Shown here: positions 13,280 through 26,464 of the stretch, one piece after another
Layout of the letters: every line of letters starts with the position of its first letter
Position numbering within the stretch: the first letter of the stretch is position 1
Assembly: GCA_024679065.1 (NCBI GenBank)
Contig: JAGIQG010000005.1
Location: forward strand, 67,642,001-67,706,000
Direction of reading: 5' to 3'
DNA from: Sphyrna mokarran
Taxonomy: Eukaryota
DNA: 64,000 nt
Position numbers and translations under genes: made by a program
Notes under the pieces: generated by a model
The model's input: only the letters and a program-made list of their open reading frames with translations
What the model was told of the DNA's origin: nothing
Database searches by the model: none

Positions 13280-13650
13280 CCCATTCCATCACTCAAACCA
13301 GCCTCTCATCCGTTGATTGTGTCTACACCTCCTGTTGCTTTGGAAAAGCAGCCACATAATTAAGGACCCACACACCCCTGGCATACTTTCTTCCACCAGG
13401 AAAAAGATTCAAAAGTCTGAGATTGCACACCAAGAACACCTTCTTCCCTGCTGCCATCAAACTTTTGAATTGGCCTACCATATATTATTAAATTGATCTT
13501 TCTCTTCATCTTAGTTATGACTTTAACGTGACATACTGCACTCTGCTTTCCTTATCCCATATGTACTCTATGCTTGATATGTTTTATCTGTATAACATGC
13601 AAGAAAACAATTTTCACTGTACACCATGTGATAATAATAAATCAAATCAA
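13280..13650 (+). mobile_element. Rex1/Babar-like LINE 3' end
   Basis: 'ggaaaagcagccacataattaaggacccacacacccctgg...aagaacaccttcttccctgctgccatcaaacttttgaat' (KA..IIKD..HP...NSFFP.AI.LLN-like Rex1 C-terminus) and tail 'aataataaatcaaatcaa'. Confidence 0.75.
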
Positions 13651-15349
13651 GAAGGCGGCCAACTAGGAATGTGGATGAGAGATTGAACATCAAGGTTATA
13701 AACCATATGCTTTTCAGCTTTAATGTGTTGGAAAGGGTTGTTGGGAAGGTTGTAGGGAAGGTTGTAAAAAACATAAAAGTTGGGGCTATTATAAAATTAA
13801 GAAAGTGGTTTGTGATGAAGCGGTGGAAGAAACTGACCTTTGAAGGTATGCTATGGTTCTACATTTCAAGCTAGACACTTGTGGCAGACTATAAGTTTCA
13901 GAGTCATAGCAGAGGTAAGTTAATCTGGCAGGTTGGCTTCAAGTTTGACAATATTGCAATGGGAGTACTTTTGGCTTATCCAGCTGTTGATGTCAATGAG
14001 TAAAGTGGAAAATGTAGCAAAAGGTTTCTCAATAGATAGGGGAGACAAATAGGTAGTATAGGTGACAGCAGATGAAACGTGGGAGTTAATTCTACACTTC
14101 CCACCAATGTCACCAAAAATGTAATATTTCAGCAAGCATCATTGAACGCTGTGCCAAATAGCAGGAATTGCAAAACTTTCTTGAACTAAGCAAAACACTG
14201 ACATTACATTCATTAGAACCACAGCTACTTTATCATTGTCTCAGGCCATCAGAATTTTACTCTGATTATTTGCAGTATTTTTGTTGCGATTATAGTATAT
14301 TAACATGATGAGCAGCCAAAGTCCACAGTGCCATATTAGACTGAAGGAATGTTACTCAAATTTTCTCAGGAAAGGAAGAGAAAACTCCTTGGATTTGCAA
14401 ACAAAAATCCAACAATAACCTTCATTTTAATAGTTAACATCCTGAAATAATTATAATTTTTGAGTTTTACTATCACTCTTTTATTAAATTGTCAACAGTT
14501 TGAACTAATATCTGAAATATTACTGTCAGTTATCACTTCAACTGGGAGCAATTAATCTTACCTTTTTTTTTGTAATTCATTTATGGGATGTAGGCAAGTG
14601 CTAGAAAGATCAGTATTGTTGGTATAATCCACTTACTTGCAGAAAAACAAATTACAAGTATGCATCTTCTCTCACTCAGCAACCAGTTTCACTTTATTCC
14701 ATTTATTGGGGCCCAAATGAGCCTACAGTTAATGATCATCACCCTTGTACAATTCATATCCAAAATAAAAGTATATATGCATGACCAAAATTTCAAAACA
14801 AATTAAATCAAAATTCTCCACAATCTGTAGAATTATTAGAACATCAAGGGTGTCCCTCCTTTCACATCCCCTAACAATTTCTTCATAAATGCACTCTTTT
14901 GGCAAAACAATTCAAAATTTCTTTGTCCTGCATTTATTTCAAGCCAGCTCGTTCAAGAGATAAGCTTTTCTCAATCATATTTTTAATACAATGTAATCAT
15001 ATCACAATGAACAATTATCTATATAAAAGTCTATTAGCTGGCGCTAATAATGAAAACATCACAGACTGAATCCTATTACAAGTTATTTATTTCTTTAAGG
15101 ATGAAACAAGTTTGTAACCACCATAAATCAGGGCTTCTAAGCTGGAAGAGGGTGAACTACAGTGGAAAGGAAATCCAGCCTGGGTGAAATGGATCCAGAG
15201 ATCGACAAGAAAAAACTATATTAGAGCCAACAGGTGTCTTTAAAACGTTTCAGGCACAGGGAGCTACATTTCAACAAGGTGAAAGGCATTGGAAACAAAA
15301 CTAAGGCTCATTGCATGTTGAGGGAGATGGGGAACATGAAGAAACAAAA

Positions 15350-17140
15350 ACAAAAGGTGATGCATAAAGCATGTCTGGTGAATTCATCACCAAGAACAGG
15401 GCCAAATAGAATGTGCTGAGAAGGGACGTGAAGAGGACAATGTAACTGATCAAGGCAGATTATGACAGTACAGTGGCAGATAAAATAAAAAGGAAACCTA
15501 AATTCTTCTAGTGGCTTGTAAATAGTAAACATGCAGTCGGAGATATTATGAGGTCTATTTGAGATATAGCAGCTCAGATTAAGACTAGAATACATAAGTA
15601 TTTTGCATTGGTGATGTTTAAGGAAGAGTATGTGATACAATAATCAGTCGAAGAGGAAATGTTAGAGGTAATGAATGGAATGAAAATGATAAGAAAAATG
15701 TTCTGGAAAGGCAGGCTGTGCTGCCTGATTCAAAAAGATTGCATCCCACATTGCTATAGGAAGTGAAATTGAAAATAGCAGAAGGAGTGGCCATAATTTT
15801 ATAACTTTCCCAAGATGTAGGGAGGTGACAGAGCATTGGGTTACAGTTGCAAATGCAACATTTTATCAAGAAAGGTCATCTATAGGCCAATTCTTTTAAC
15901 ATCAGTGGCAAATAAGGTTTGACAAACAATTGAGGCATTTGGAGAGATTTGAGCTAATCAAGGAGAACCAGCATGGATTATAAAGGGCACATCCTGCTTG
16001 ACTAACTGAATTTCTTGAAAAAGAAACAGAGAAGGTTGACAAAAGGAAAGCAATGGATATTGTCTTCATGTATTTTTTTCCGAAAGCTTCTGACAAAATA
16101 TCACATAAAAGACTGGTTAATAAAATTGAAGCTTTTGAAATAGGAGGGTCAATTTCAGCTTGGATAAAATGTTGGTTTATGAACAATAAACTGTCAGCTG
16201 TAGTGAATGGTTGTTTTTCAGATTGGAGGAAATTAGAATGTGATGCTCCCCAAAGATTAGGGCATCAACCATTATTTTTGGTATATAGATTTGATGTTGG
16301 AGTACAGAATAAAAAACATTTACCATTCATACCAAACTTGGCAGTGTAGCCAACAGTGAGGATGATATCAAAGAACTGCTGGAAGAATGAGCAGAGAAAT
16401 TTAATACAAAGAAATACGAAGTGATGTTTTTTGGTAGAAGAGATAGGCAATATAAACATAGTGGCACAGTTCTAATATGCAGAGGCAGGCACACTTCTAT
16501 GTGGATAGATTTTTGAAGGTGACAGGACATAGTGATATATTGAACCTTGGGATTCATACATAGAGGTATGAGTTTAAAAAAATGGAGAAGTTGTAAATCT
16601 TTCTAAAGATCTTACTTAGCCACAATTGAAGTATGGCATCCAGTTCTGGTCACTGTACTTTTGAAAGCATGTCCTCAAGATGATTTAGAGGAGATTCACC
16701 ACTATGTTTGAAGGAATAAGGGAATTTAGCGACAAGATTGGGGATGGAGAAGCTGGGGTTGTTCTGCTTGGAGCAAATGAGATTTAAGAGGTGATTTGAT
16801 AAGAGTTGTTCAATTTCATGACAGTTGCAGATGGATTAGATAAAAGAAGCTGATAGTAAAAGATTAGGGGGGCACAGATTTCAGGTTTTGGGCAAGGGTT
16901 GCAAAAGGTATGAAGGAGAATTTTTTTCCTATTGTGACAATATGTGGAGAACTCTCTGCCAATGAGGTGGTAGAAATGGAGATGATAAAGAGTTTCAGAT
17001 GAAATTGGATAGACAGGAGGGAAATAAGCTTACAGAACAAGAGAGTGAGAGCGGCATAATGGGACAAATTAAACTTACAGAGAGCTGGCATGGGATCAAT
17101 GAGACAAAAACTTCTTTACGCGTTGTTATGATACTATAAC
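15350..17140 (+). mobile_element. CR1 LINE fragment (~1.8 kb, decayed ORF2)
   Basis: ORF 16053-16349 (MDIVFMYFFPKASDKISHKRLVNKI...WI..W...VVNGCFSDW) is a degenerate CR1 RT. 'aaccagcatggatt' (NQHGF) and the CR1 C-terminus/3' UTR near 16900-17140 are also present. Confidence 0.85.
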
Positions 17141-18089
17141 AATCAATAAGTTTGCTATCCCCAGTCTGCCCAATACAATGGGTACTGAATCGCACTTGAC
17201 AAACAGAATCACCTGTCAGCTCTCGCTAAACCAGCCCATTTTTCTAGCAGCAAGAGGACCTTAAAACTACACTACTTTTCTTAGCTTCCCAAATTAAAGG
17301 ACATTTCCCACCCTCACTCCATGGAAATATGCTGAAACCTGCTGTTAATTGAATATTAATTGTATTTAATTGTATGCAGGTGTTGTGCATGAATTTGAAA
17401 TTCACTTAGGTCCATATGGAGAAAAGATTTCATTATTAACCTGTTTCATTCTCTCCCATTGCTACTGGGCTTCTAAAAATGACAGTGCCTAATAGGGCAA
17501 TGTTGAATAAAAGCAGGAACAGACAAGCAGGGGAAAGACTTGATGCCCCGCAGCCTCAGGCATGTTGTCTCTGAGCCCTTCCTTCCCACTGTTCAGGATA
17601 GATAGTCTGATCGCTATTAGGATCTCACAGCTGCTGTGAAAAACGGCAGCCTTTCTGTTTCCAGGTTCCTAGGGTTTGAGTGCTGTACTACTGCAGGGTG
17701 CTGTCAAATCTTTCCCTTACTGACATCCAAGTTGCAATCTGTGATTCTGCAGATGAAGTGTGTTTTTACTGGAAAGTGATATTTAGCCTCATCCAGTCGC
17801 TCATTTCTGATTTCTCTCTGCCAGCTGGACTCCAATTCTTCAGCATCAAAAGTAGTCACAATGTTCAAAGGTTAGCACCAGTGTGAACAATTAATTAACC
17901 TCTTGGTCATCACCACAACTTACTTTTTAACAACAAGTACCTAATGGCTATGCAGCAGCCCATTTTTGTTCTAATTTGTCCTTCAAGCATTTTAAAGCCT
18001 GCTATCTCAACAGATTTTTCATTCGCCATCCAAATGCCAATTCCTTGGTCTTTGAGCATTTAATGTGGTAGGAGTCTATTAAACCAAGG

Positions 18090-18922
18090 CTAGGGCCTAC
18101 TGTCAGTGCACTCAAATTGGCAGAATTGACAAATTCATACCAAGGGCCAACTCACATTCATGTCTGACTTAATCACTCATTTTTGTACCTTCCAAACCGT
18201 TTTTTGCTCATCTTTCAATCTTGGGATCATTGGGAGACTGAATATAAATCTGAAGGTAGGTTTTGGAATCTTGCAGAAGATCTCACATAACAATTCCTTG
18301 GGAATTGTCTGGAAAGTTTGAATTTTAGATGGGCAATTCCCCTGATCTCCAACAGAGCCTAAGACTTTCGACAGTTCTGATTTATTTTATGAAAAAGTTG
18401 CCCAGGCAACATCAGACAGAAAAATTCTAGTCCAACTTCTGAGTAACTACAAAACTGATCTCTCTGAACTCCTCCCTCAACCCCCAACTGCCCTCTTCGA
18501 TCCCCAACATTCTTCTCTGACCTGACAGGCAACCCCACCTGACAACTACTCCCAATTCATGTACCCACTCTGTCACTTGTCCATCCTCCTCATCTACTAC
18601 TCTCCCCATCTGCCCAATCACATCCCCACATATGCACTCATTCACAAACACGCTCAAAAGCTGTATAAAATGTCCCAAAGGTTTTCTGTGCAAGTGGGTA
18701 CTTACCAAATAAAGTAGTTAATGCCATAAGGGCATATGGTTTGCCTTTCTCACAACTATCCAGCACCATAAGGAAGGAGTTCAGTGGGAGACTAATCCAT
18801 ATTTGTTAAAAAGCCTGGATTTGAAGACCCAAGCGGAAATGCAGAGCTCCACTGCAGCACAGAAAAATCGGAGCACAGCAGCAATCTGACGATAATTGCT
18901 GCTTCTCTTAAGATTCGGGCCA
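18090..18922. mobile_element. Probable non-autonomous DNA transposon/MITE with C-rich interior
   Basis: Right end 'aagattcgggcc' resembles the other MITE termini here. The C-rich tract at 18470-18630 mirrors the G-rich tract of 30821-31613. Left boundary uncertain. Confidence 0.3.
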
Positions 18923-21900
18923 TTATATTCGACGTCAGCAATTAAATAATTCATTTAAAGCATAACTAAAGCTAAATTAAACCAAAGACAGGGTGACACA
19001 AAGCTGTGTTACTGATCATTAGGTAAAAGTGTAATAATGAAAGGGAGGTAACTGTAGTCTATTGCTTTCACATGGGTGACTTCATTGATTATGAAGGAAA
19101 GGACTGTGGGTTGTTATCATAATGACTTATTCCACCTTGGCAAAACTGCATGTTGGAGAAACTTAATTGCCTTTAATGAAATAAAATTGCCCAGCGTAAC
19201 AGTGGAGCTTTTTCTTCAAGACTTAAACCAGTTTCCAATTACATCTTCAGTATATTTATGCTCAGGTTGTTAAAATAACTGGGGAGTAATGTTCTATTCC
19301 AGTTTATTGTTACTACTAGATCTTACAGACAGACAGACAATAAACTAATGGTACACACTCGTTTTTGTATATTTAAATGCACATGGTTAATTTTAATTTA
19401 ACTCAGCCAGCATGAAAGAAATTGAAGTCAACGGAAAGTGACAGAGCACAAAAGAGGTCTTGATCCAACCTAATCAATTTATTACTGGGCAGGATGGGTT
19501 CAATATTTCATCTATATACTTTATATATATTATAGTATTTTATTTGAATTAAATAATTTTATTGAATTTGAGATCTTTGTAACAGTCCATAAGCATCAAA
19601 TGTTGTAAAATAATCCAGTACATTCTCACACAGCCATCAAAATATATGAAAAGTGGACACATTTATTTATTAATAATTTATTAGTGTGTTAGTTCAAATC
19701 TGATTAATAAATGCTCTTTAAATGAGGCAATGCATCACATGGGCTCCACCTATGGCACATCCACCTTCAATTCCATACATTTGTTTTGTATGTTCTTATA
19801 AATATTCTTTCTAGAAGTAATACTCTAGTATGAATAAAACACACTGTAATTAACATTGGGTATAATATCCATTCAGTAGCCAGACCCTTGTATGTTGCCT
19901 TGACAAAACTATCACTTTAAATTGGTGCCCAATCAATATCTCTCATTCACAGAACACTTCCCTGGAACCAGTATAATTTGGAAAGCTTCAATATACAGCA
20001 TACAAAATATACAGTATATCTGCAGCAAACACCACATTTTAATTAGTCTACAAGTCTCAAAATGCCATAAACATTGCCACACAAAGCTGTAAACAGGGGA
20101 GCAACATGCCCAGACAAGTTACAAGCAAGAAAGAGCAGAAGCTTAGATGGCACAGGATGGAATTTGATAGCCTGCAGTTATACTTTCTAACAACTTAAAT
20201 TGATTACACTAGTATGGATGGGAGAGCAATGGCAAGTTATCAAATTACTTGGATGCAATTTGCCTGTGAATCACAGCCAAAATCAAAAGCAAATGAACAT
20301 TTAACATCTCAATTGGAGAGTCTATTGGTTTCCACACAAAATACATAAAATCATCCAACTAGTTAGTGATACAGCATTAATGTACCTTCTTTATGAGAAA
20401 AGGAAAAATATAATCTGTACAGTTCCAGAATCTGCACTGTCACTGCAGCAAAACTTTATTTGCTACTGAATATTTCCGATCAGCGTATTCAGAAATGGAA
20501 TTAATATCACAGTAGTCCATGATCATGATGTATTTGGAAGTAATATTTAGGAAAAATATGCTCATTACTTTCAAACAATATTTCTTCCCAGGAATTTTAT
20601 TTATTGGCAATTGAAATTTCCTGTGACCTATTTCAACATTGCTCTGAAGCTCCATTCTTTGGCCCTCATTCTAGCTAATTAGAGAGCAATTCGCAGTGAA
20701 TAGTAAGACATCAATGCCAGCAGTAAGAATGTATGGCTGGAGAATTTGATCCCCACTGAAAACATTCAAATAGGAGTATTTAATCCATGATAAAACAAGT
20801 TTTACCTTCAAGCTTTTAAGAAAATAAAAAAATATGCACATTTTACAAAAAAACTTTACAAAGATTTAACCGGCTGTAAACAAAAACGTTAAACACCTTA
20901 TAGGCAAAAATAATTGATTCAATGATACTCTGATGATACAACATACTTCATTAATTCAGTCATCTAGAAGTTGATACTTTTAACAGAGATATGTTAATGT
21001 TTAGCAGAAAACTGTCAAAGTAGGTTGTTTAGTTGGTGTAGTGGCATGCTACTAATCAGTAGTCTACAGAGATAGAATTACTTTTACTCTTTTTAAATAC
21101 TGTGCAGTATTATTTATTGTGTTTGCTCTGTGTTGACTTAACAGTTTGTGCACTTGTCATACACAATCAATAGCTGTGAACGTTGACATTACATTCGTAG
21201 ATTTGACTGAGGGATTCCTCTATGGTAAATTCAGTTCATTTTAAAAGCTTAGTGCCTGAAACCCCTGATGCACTGAGTTTAAATTAAAAGATATATGGTG
21301 TCCAAGGAGAAGGAAGAGCAGTGAGATTATGCGGAATGACCTCTTTTAACTTGTGCCTCCAAGTGAATGACACGCATACTGATTTCAAAATGTAATTGAT
21401 GTGCCGAGTGTCATTAAAATAAAAAAAAACATGTCAGCTGCAAGAGAACGGATGAAAGAGAACTGGTATACCAAGTAATATTGACCCAAACCAGTCACTA
21501 AATTTGCACAAATGACTGCAGCATATGAGATAGATTGGCACAGTCTTGCTTCTAATCCTTACAGCACCGCATTAAACCCTTGTGGCACTTGGACCTGTAG
21601 TGTGTCACTTTTAATAAGTCATAAACAGTCACAAAACACATCAAATTTATCACAAATTGTAACAACTGGCAGCACTAAGCATGAAAGAGAATTCCATGCA
21701 GTATGAGAAAATAGCTTCCATAATGAACTCTGCTCAAAGTAAATTTCCAGAGCAAAGTCCTGATTAATGTCATTCTTAAACCATTCGCAGATTTTCATGT
21801 GTTTGCAAAAGTGATGTAAAAAAGTAAATGTGAACCAGTTATTAAACAGAAGATAAATGACTTGAAAGGTCAATATTTTTTAATAACTGAATGGGTCTCT

Positions 21901-22149
21901 AACATTGCACTACTACAATAGTGATTAAACTTTGAGAGACCATAATTTTATATACATAGTTCTCCAAATGATATTTAGTTCTTTCTAATTGTTGGATAGT
22001 TTACATTGGCATATCATTGGATGATAGATGAAGTTAAGAGGGCATAGGGAAGGTAGTGTGTGGATTTGCTGAAGGAAGCTTTGCAGAACAGAGGCGAGAA
22101 ACTCAGAGTATGGTATGGTACATGATCTGGGGTGTGCGTACAGGGAACT

Positions 22150-22920
22150 GAGCCATGGCAGGTACACTTGGTTTCAGGTAGATTGGGGCTCACAACAGAA
22201 AGTAATTTCTTGAACTTAGTGCCCTGGATAAACTCTGCATCACCAAATGTACTTTCAGGGAAAACACCACCACCATTTTGTTGCAACTCAAAATTTGGCA
22301 ATTGGCACCAGGTTGACCAGATTATCATAAGATGCAATCGGCGCAATGTTTTCCATACCCACAAATACATTGTGCAGACTGCTCCCCTATCAGCAAAGAA
22401 GCAACTGCAAATGTTTCAGAGCTCCAAACATGGCAGCTCACACACATTCCTGAAATTAAGCGAAATACTAACATATTGCATTGAGCGATTAGAGCCAATA
22501 AAGGTTTACCAGGAAATGCTGATGTTCAACACTGCTGAAGATTAGAAGTTGCTGGCTTTAATCATTCATGAAACAGAAGCAGCAACATTTGGTAAAGGTG
22601 AAACCCAGAACAAAGAATGGTTTGAGACCTACTCAGCAGAAATGGCACCTATTATCGAACCATAAAGCAAAGCCGATCTGATGCACAACATAAAGCCATG
22701 CATGACTTGAAAATAACCAACACATTCATGCAAAAGGCAAGGAGATGCTACACAATAAGCACTTGATCAACTGATATTAAGAAATCCAAACATCCCCTGA
22801 CAACAGAAAGCTACAAGCGATGTATAAAGGCTTAGGCCTACAATCACCAATAATTACCCATGAAACCAGCCAGAGATGAAATATTCACTGACAGAAATAA
22901 CCAGCAAGTTTAACACTACT
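22150..22920 (+). mobile_element. RTE-clade LINE, endonuclease-region fragment
   Basis: Frame-shifted motifs L-C-I-T...WHQVDQIII...NVFHTH...ADC and 'aaagaatggtttgag' (K.WF), typical of the RTE endonuclease/linker region. Confidence 0.6.
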
Positions 22921-23119
22921 GTGAGTTGTCCACCCTGTGGGAGTATATCTCTCAATTTGTATCAGAAGCCCCCTCCATCTCTCTACACTTCCTCCTCCAC
23001 CACCTTCATTTCTGCCAGGGGTCCCAATCATCAGCTTGTAATCCCTAGCTTCCCTTCTTTTAAAGCCCTTACATTTACTTTGTCTTCTGCACAGACATTG
23101 TTACATTATGTTTCTAATG

Positions 23120-24155
23120 AACAAAGAACAAAACAGCACAGAAAACAGGCCCTTTGGCCCAACGAGCCCACACCGCCACCTCGATGTTCCCACTTCTACC
23201 CATGACCCCTGTCCATGTTTATAGATCTATGGATTAAAAACCAAATTTGAGACAATTTAGGGAGAATCTGTTTTGCCAATCAGCTTAAGAGCACATCTTT
23301 GGGATGTGGGAGGAAACTGGAGCGCCCGCAGAAAACCCACGCAAGCACTTGGAGAATGCGCAAACTCCCACAGACACAGGCCCAAATCCACGTGTCTGCA
23401 CAGCACAGCAACAGTCACTGAACTGTCATGTTGCCCATCAAATGGTCCAGGTCAAGCATACACTAAGGACGTGAAGCACTAGGATACTCTCGAAAAAAAT
23501 CCAAGAGCAGCCCTCTCAGACCCATCGCTTGTATGCTCCAAGTTAGACAACAAGGCGGACTAAAGTGCATGTAGGATAAAACAAATACATCAATATCATT
23601 GACTATTTACACACTTCCCAGCGAACTCCCAAGGCTCATGATCCCTATTTTAAATCAGTTTTCTATATCCCTCCATTCCTATTCTGTTCATGTGCCCATC
23701 TAAGTATCTCTTAAATAACTCCAGAGTGCCTGCCTCCACCACTTTACTCGGCAGCGTGTTCTATATCCCCACCACCCTCTGTGAAAAAACTCCCTCTAGC
23801 ATCCAAATTATACCTTACCCCCCTCACCCTAAGCCCGTGACCCCTCGAGCTATTTGAGTCCATCCTAGGAAAAAGCTTAACCCTGTTTATTCTATCTCTA
23901 CCCCTCAATCTCGTACACTTCTATTAGATTTCCTCTAAGTCTACGTCTTTCTAAGGAAAACAGCCCCAATTTGCCTAACCTCTCCTCGTAACTCAGACCT
24001 TCCATACCAGGCAGCATCCTGGTAAACCTCCTCTACACTCTCTCCAGAGTCTCCACATCCTTCTAGTAGTAAGGCAACCGGAACTGGATGCAGTATTCCA
24101 TATGAGGTGTAACCAACGTGTTATACAACTGCAACATTAAAGGCCAGCTCTTGTA
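23120..24155 (-). mobile_element. 5'-truncated CR1 with a long 3' UTR containing a V-SINE (composite)
   Basis: CR1 ORF2 C-terminus at 24155-23655 (LMLQLYNTLV..HMEYCIQF...[19 protein letters not shown], with stops). Then ~220 nt of unique UTR, V-SINE head and V domain at 23436-23250, and a CR1-type tail ending 'ttgttctttgtt'. Flanked by CTAATG on both sides (23114-23119, 24156-24161). Confidence 0.75.
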
Positions 24156-24384
24156 CTAATGCTGAAGAAAGATCCTACTTTGAAATGGTGTTGGTAGCTT
24201 TTGTAAATTCTCTCAACCTTCCCACACCTTGATAGACTTTCCTCTGTTTCTGTGGGTAATTCTTTCTGGAACAGGTTGCTAGTCTGTCATAAGGGACTTA
24301 GAGCTTGAGAGGCACCAGGCCACATTTGTGTGCACACACACAAGTGAGCATGGCCAACCCACCATGAGAAAACCCATGCAGGCA

Positions 24385-25525
24385 TGGGATCATTTGGCCC
24401 ATTGTGCCTACATTGGATCGCCATAGGAGCAATTTATCTAATGCCATTCTGCTGCCTTCACTTTCTAGTCCTGAATATTCTTCACTTTCATATAATAATC
24501 CAATTCTCTTTTGGATGCCTCAATTGAATGTTCTCGTCACACTCAGATAGTGCATTCCAGGTCCTTACCACTTGCTGCATAAAAAAAAGTTTTGCTCCAT
24601 GTTTCTTTTAGCAATCAGCTTAGATTCATGCCCTGTTGGTCTTGATTCTTCCACAATGGGAATGTTTTCCCCATCTTAGCTTGTCCAGACCAATCATGAT
24701 TTTGACGACCCTCCGTCAAATCTCCTCTCGACCTTCTCTTCCCAAGTAAAACAGTCTCAACTTCTTCAATCTACAGATGCAACTGAAGTCCCTCATCCTA
24801 GAAATAATTCTTTACACTTTAATGCCATCATACCTTTCCTATAGTGTCGCGTCCAGAACTGGGTGCAATAATCCAGTTGAGGCTGAACCAGCGTTCTGTT
24901 CAAGTTTAACACAACATACTTGCCTTCATACACCTGGACTCTACTAATAAAGTGCAGAATTGCTGCATGGTTTATTAACCACACTCTTAACCTGGCCTGC
25001 CACCTTTAATAATTTATGCATTTATTTCCCAAGGTCCCTCTTCTTCTTTTAAAATTATAGCTTTTTTTTTATCATCTCTCTGCATTCTTCCGCCTAAACT
25101 GAATTACTTCATATTTATCTGCTTCCACCAAAAGGTTTATATCCTTTTGAAGTGCTTCACTATCGTCCTCTCAGTTCCTCTCAGTTCACAATGCTTCCAA
25201 GTTTCACAGCTTTCAAACATTTTGAAACCGTGTCTTGGTTTACGCCCTTAATAGACATCAGGAAGAGCAAGGATCCCAACACCAAACCCTGCAACTCCTG
25301 ACAAACATTTGTCCAGTTCAAAAAAAAATCCATTAACCACTTCTCTGTTTCCAATCACTCAACTAACTTCGTATCCTTGCTTTTGCTGCTCCTTTTATTC
25401 TATGAGTTATAACTTTGACAAATCTGTTACACAGCACCCTATCAAATGCCTTCTGAAACTCCAAGTATACCATACCAACTGGATTATCCTCATCAACCCT
25501 CACTGTTGGCTCTTAAAAAAACCTC
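24385..25525 (-). mobile_element. CR1 LINE fragment
   Basis: ORF 24793-24984 (LNLNRTLVQPQLDYCTQFW) and 'tcaaatgccttctgaaactccaagtatac' (reverse complement of VYLEFQKAFD). Confidence 0.85.
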
Positions 25526-25842
25526 TAGCAATTTGGGCCCTAATTGACCTGTCTGGCAGGTTTTAAGACAGGCCTTTCACCATAGCTCTGCATGATTCAT
25601 TATGGGATATGTGGTAAGATATGGGACAGTGAAAAATAATAAATACACGATTGAGAAATGAGACAAGAGATAGGAGAGAATATTAGTATTTGTAATGTTA
25701 TTTGACTGTGCCTAAGGACCATTGTGACAGACTCAGCTTTTAAACCAGCACATTGCTTTGGTGTGAATGTATACTTCATTTATGTAGCTGACTTAAAAAT
25801 CTTCAATTGGGGATTTGTCCAATCCTGTCTGAATTTACATTA

Positions 25843-26464
25843 CAGTAAGAAGTCTCACAGCACCAGGTTAAAGTCCAACAATTTTATTTGGTAGTAATCG
25901 CCACTAGCATTCAGGGTTTGCCCTTTTGTCAGGTGAGTGGGAGTTCTGATCACAAATAGGGCATATAAAAATACACACAGTTTACAGAATACTGATTAGA
26001 ATGAGAGTCTTTACAGCTAACCAAGTCTTAAAGATGCAGACAATGTGAGTGCAGATAGCATTAAGCATAAGTTAAAGAGATGTGTATTGTCTCCAGACAG
26101 GAGAGTAAATGGGATGTTATAAGCACAGGTAAGTCAGGGATTACAGATAGTGTGTCATGAACCCAAGATCCCAGTTGAGGCCATCCTCATGTGTGCGGAA
26201 CTTGGCTATCAGTTTGTGCTCAGCGACTCTGCGCTGTTGTGTGTCATGAAGGTCGCCTTGGAGAATGTTTACCCAAACATCAAAGGCCAAATGCCCACGA
26301 CCGCTGAAGTGTTCGCCAACAGGAAGGGAGCAGTCGTGCCTGGTTATTGTCGAGCTGTGTCCATTCATCCATTGTCGTAGCATCTGCATGGTCTCTCTAA
26401 CGTACCATTGATGAAGACTTCTTACTGAGTTTACCCCAGCCCAATGCCGGCATCTCACATCATG
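25843..26464 (-). mobile_element. Penelope-like element 3' end (GIY-YIG C-terminus plus pseudo-LTR) with a short inverted pLTR piece
   Basis: ORF 26141-26458 reads LRQWMNGH...SLPVGEHFS..GH......ILQG.L.DTQQRRVAEHKLIAKFRTHEDGLN.D.GF, the Penelope GIY-YIG C-terminus. pLTR at 25843-25950. 'agacttcttactg' at 26415-26427 is the exact reverse complement of 25843-25855. Confidence 0.85.
25902..25935 (-). ncRNA. Minimal type I hammerhead ribozyme motif (degenerate) in Penelope pLTR
   Basis: The minus strand reads CAC-CTGACAA-A-AGGG-caaa-CCCT-GAAT-GC-TA-GTG: stem I CAC/GTG and a perfect 4-bp stem II. The core has two substitutions relative to CUGANGA/GAAA. Confidence 0.6.

Noticed and set aside
13723-13766. 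Short tandem repeat (GGAAGGTTGTAG-like) giving TTFPTTFPTT
   Set aside because: A degenerate 12-bp minisatellite in probable old LINE debris, with no coding support.
21246-21281. Small hairpin aagcttagtgc...gcactgagttt
   Set aside because: An 11-bp stem with wobble pairs is expected by chance in 64 kb.
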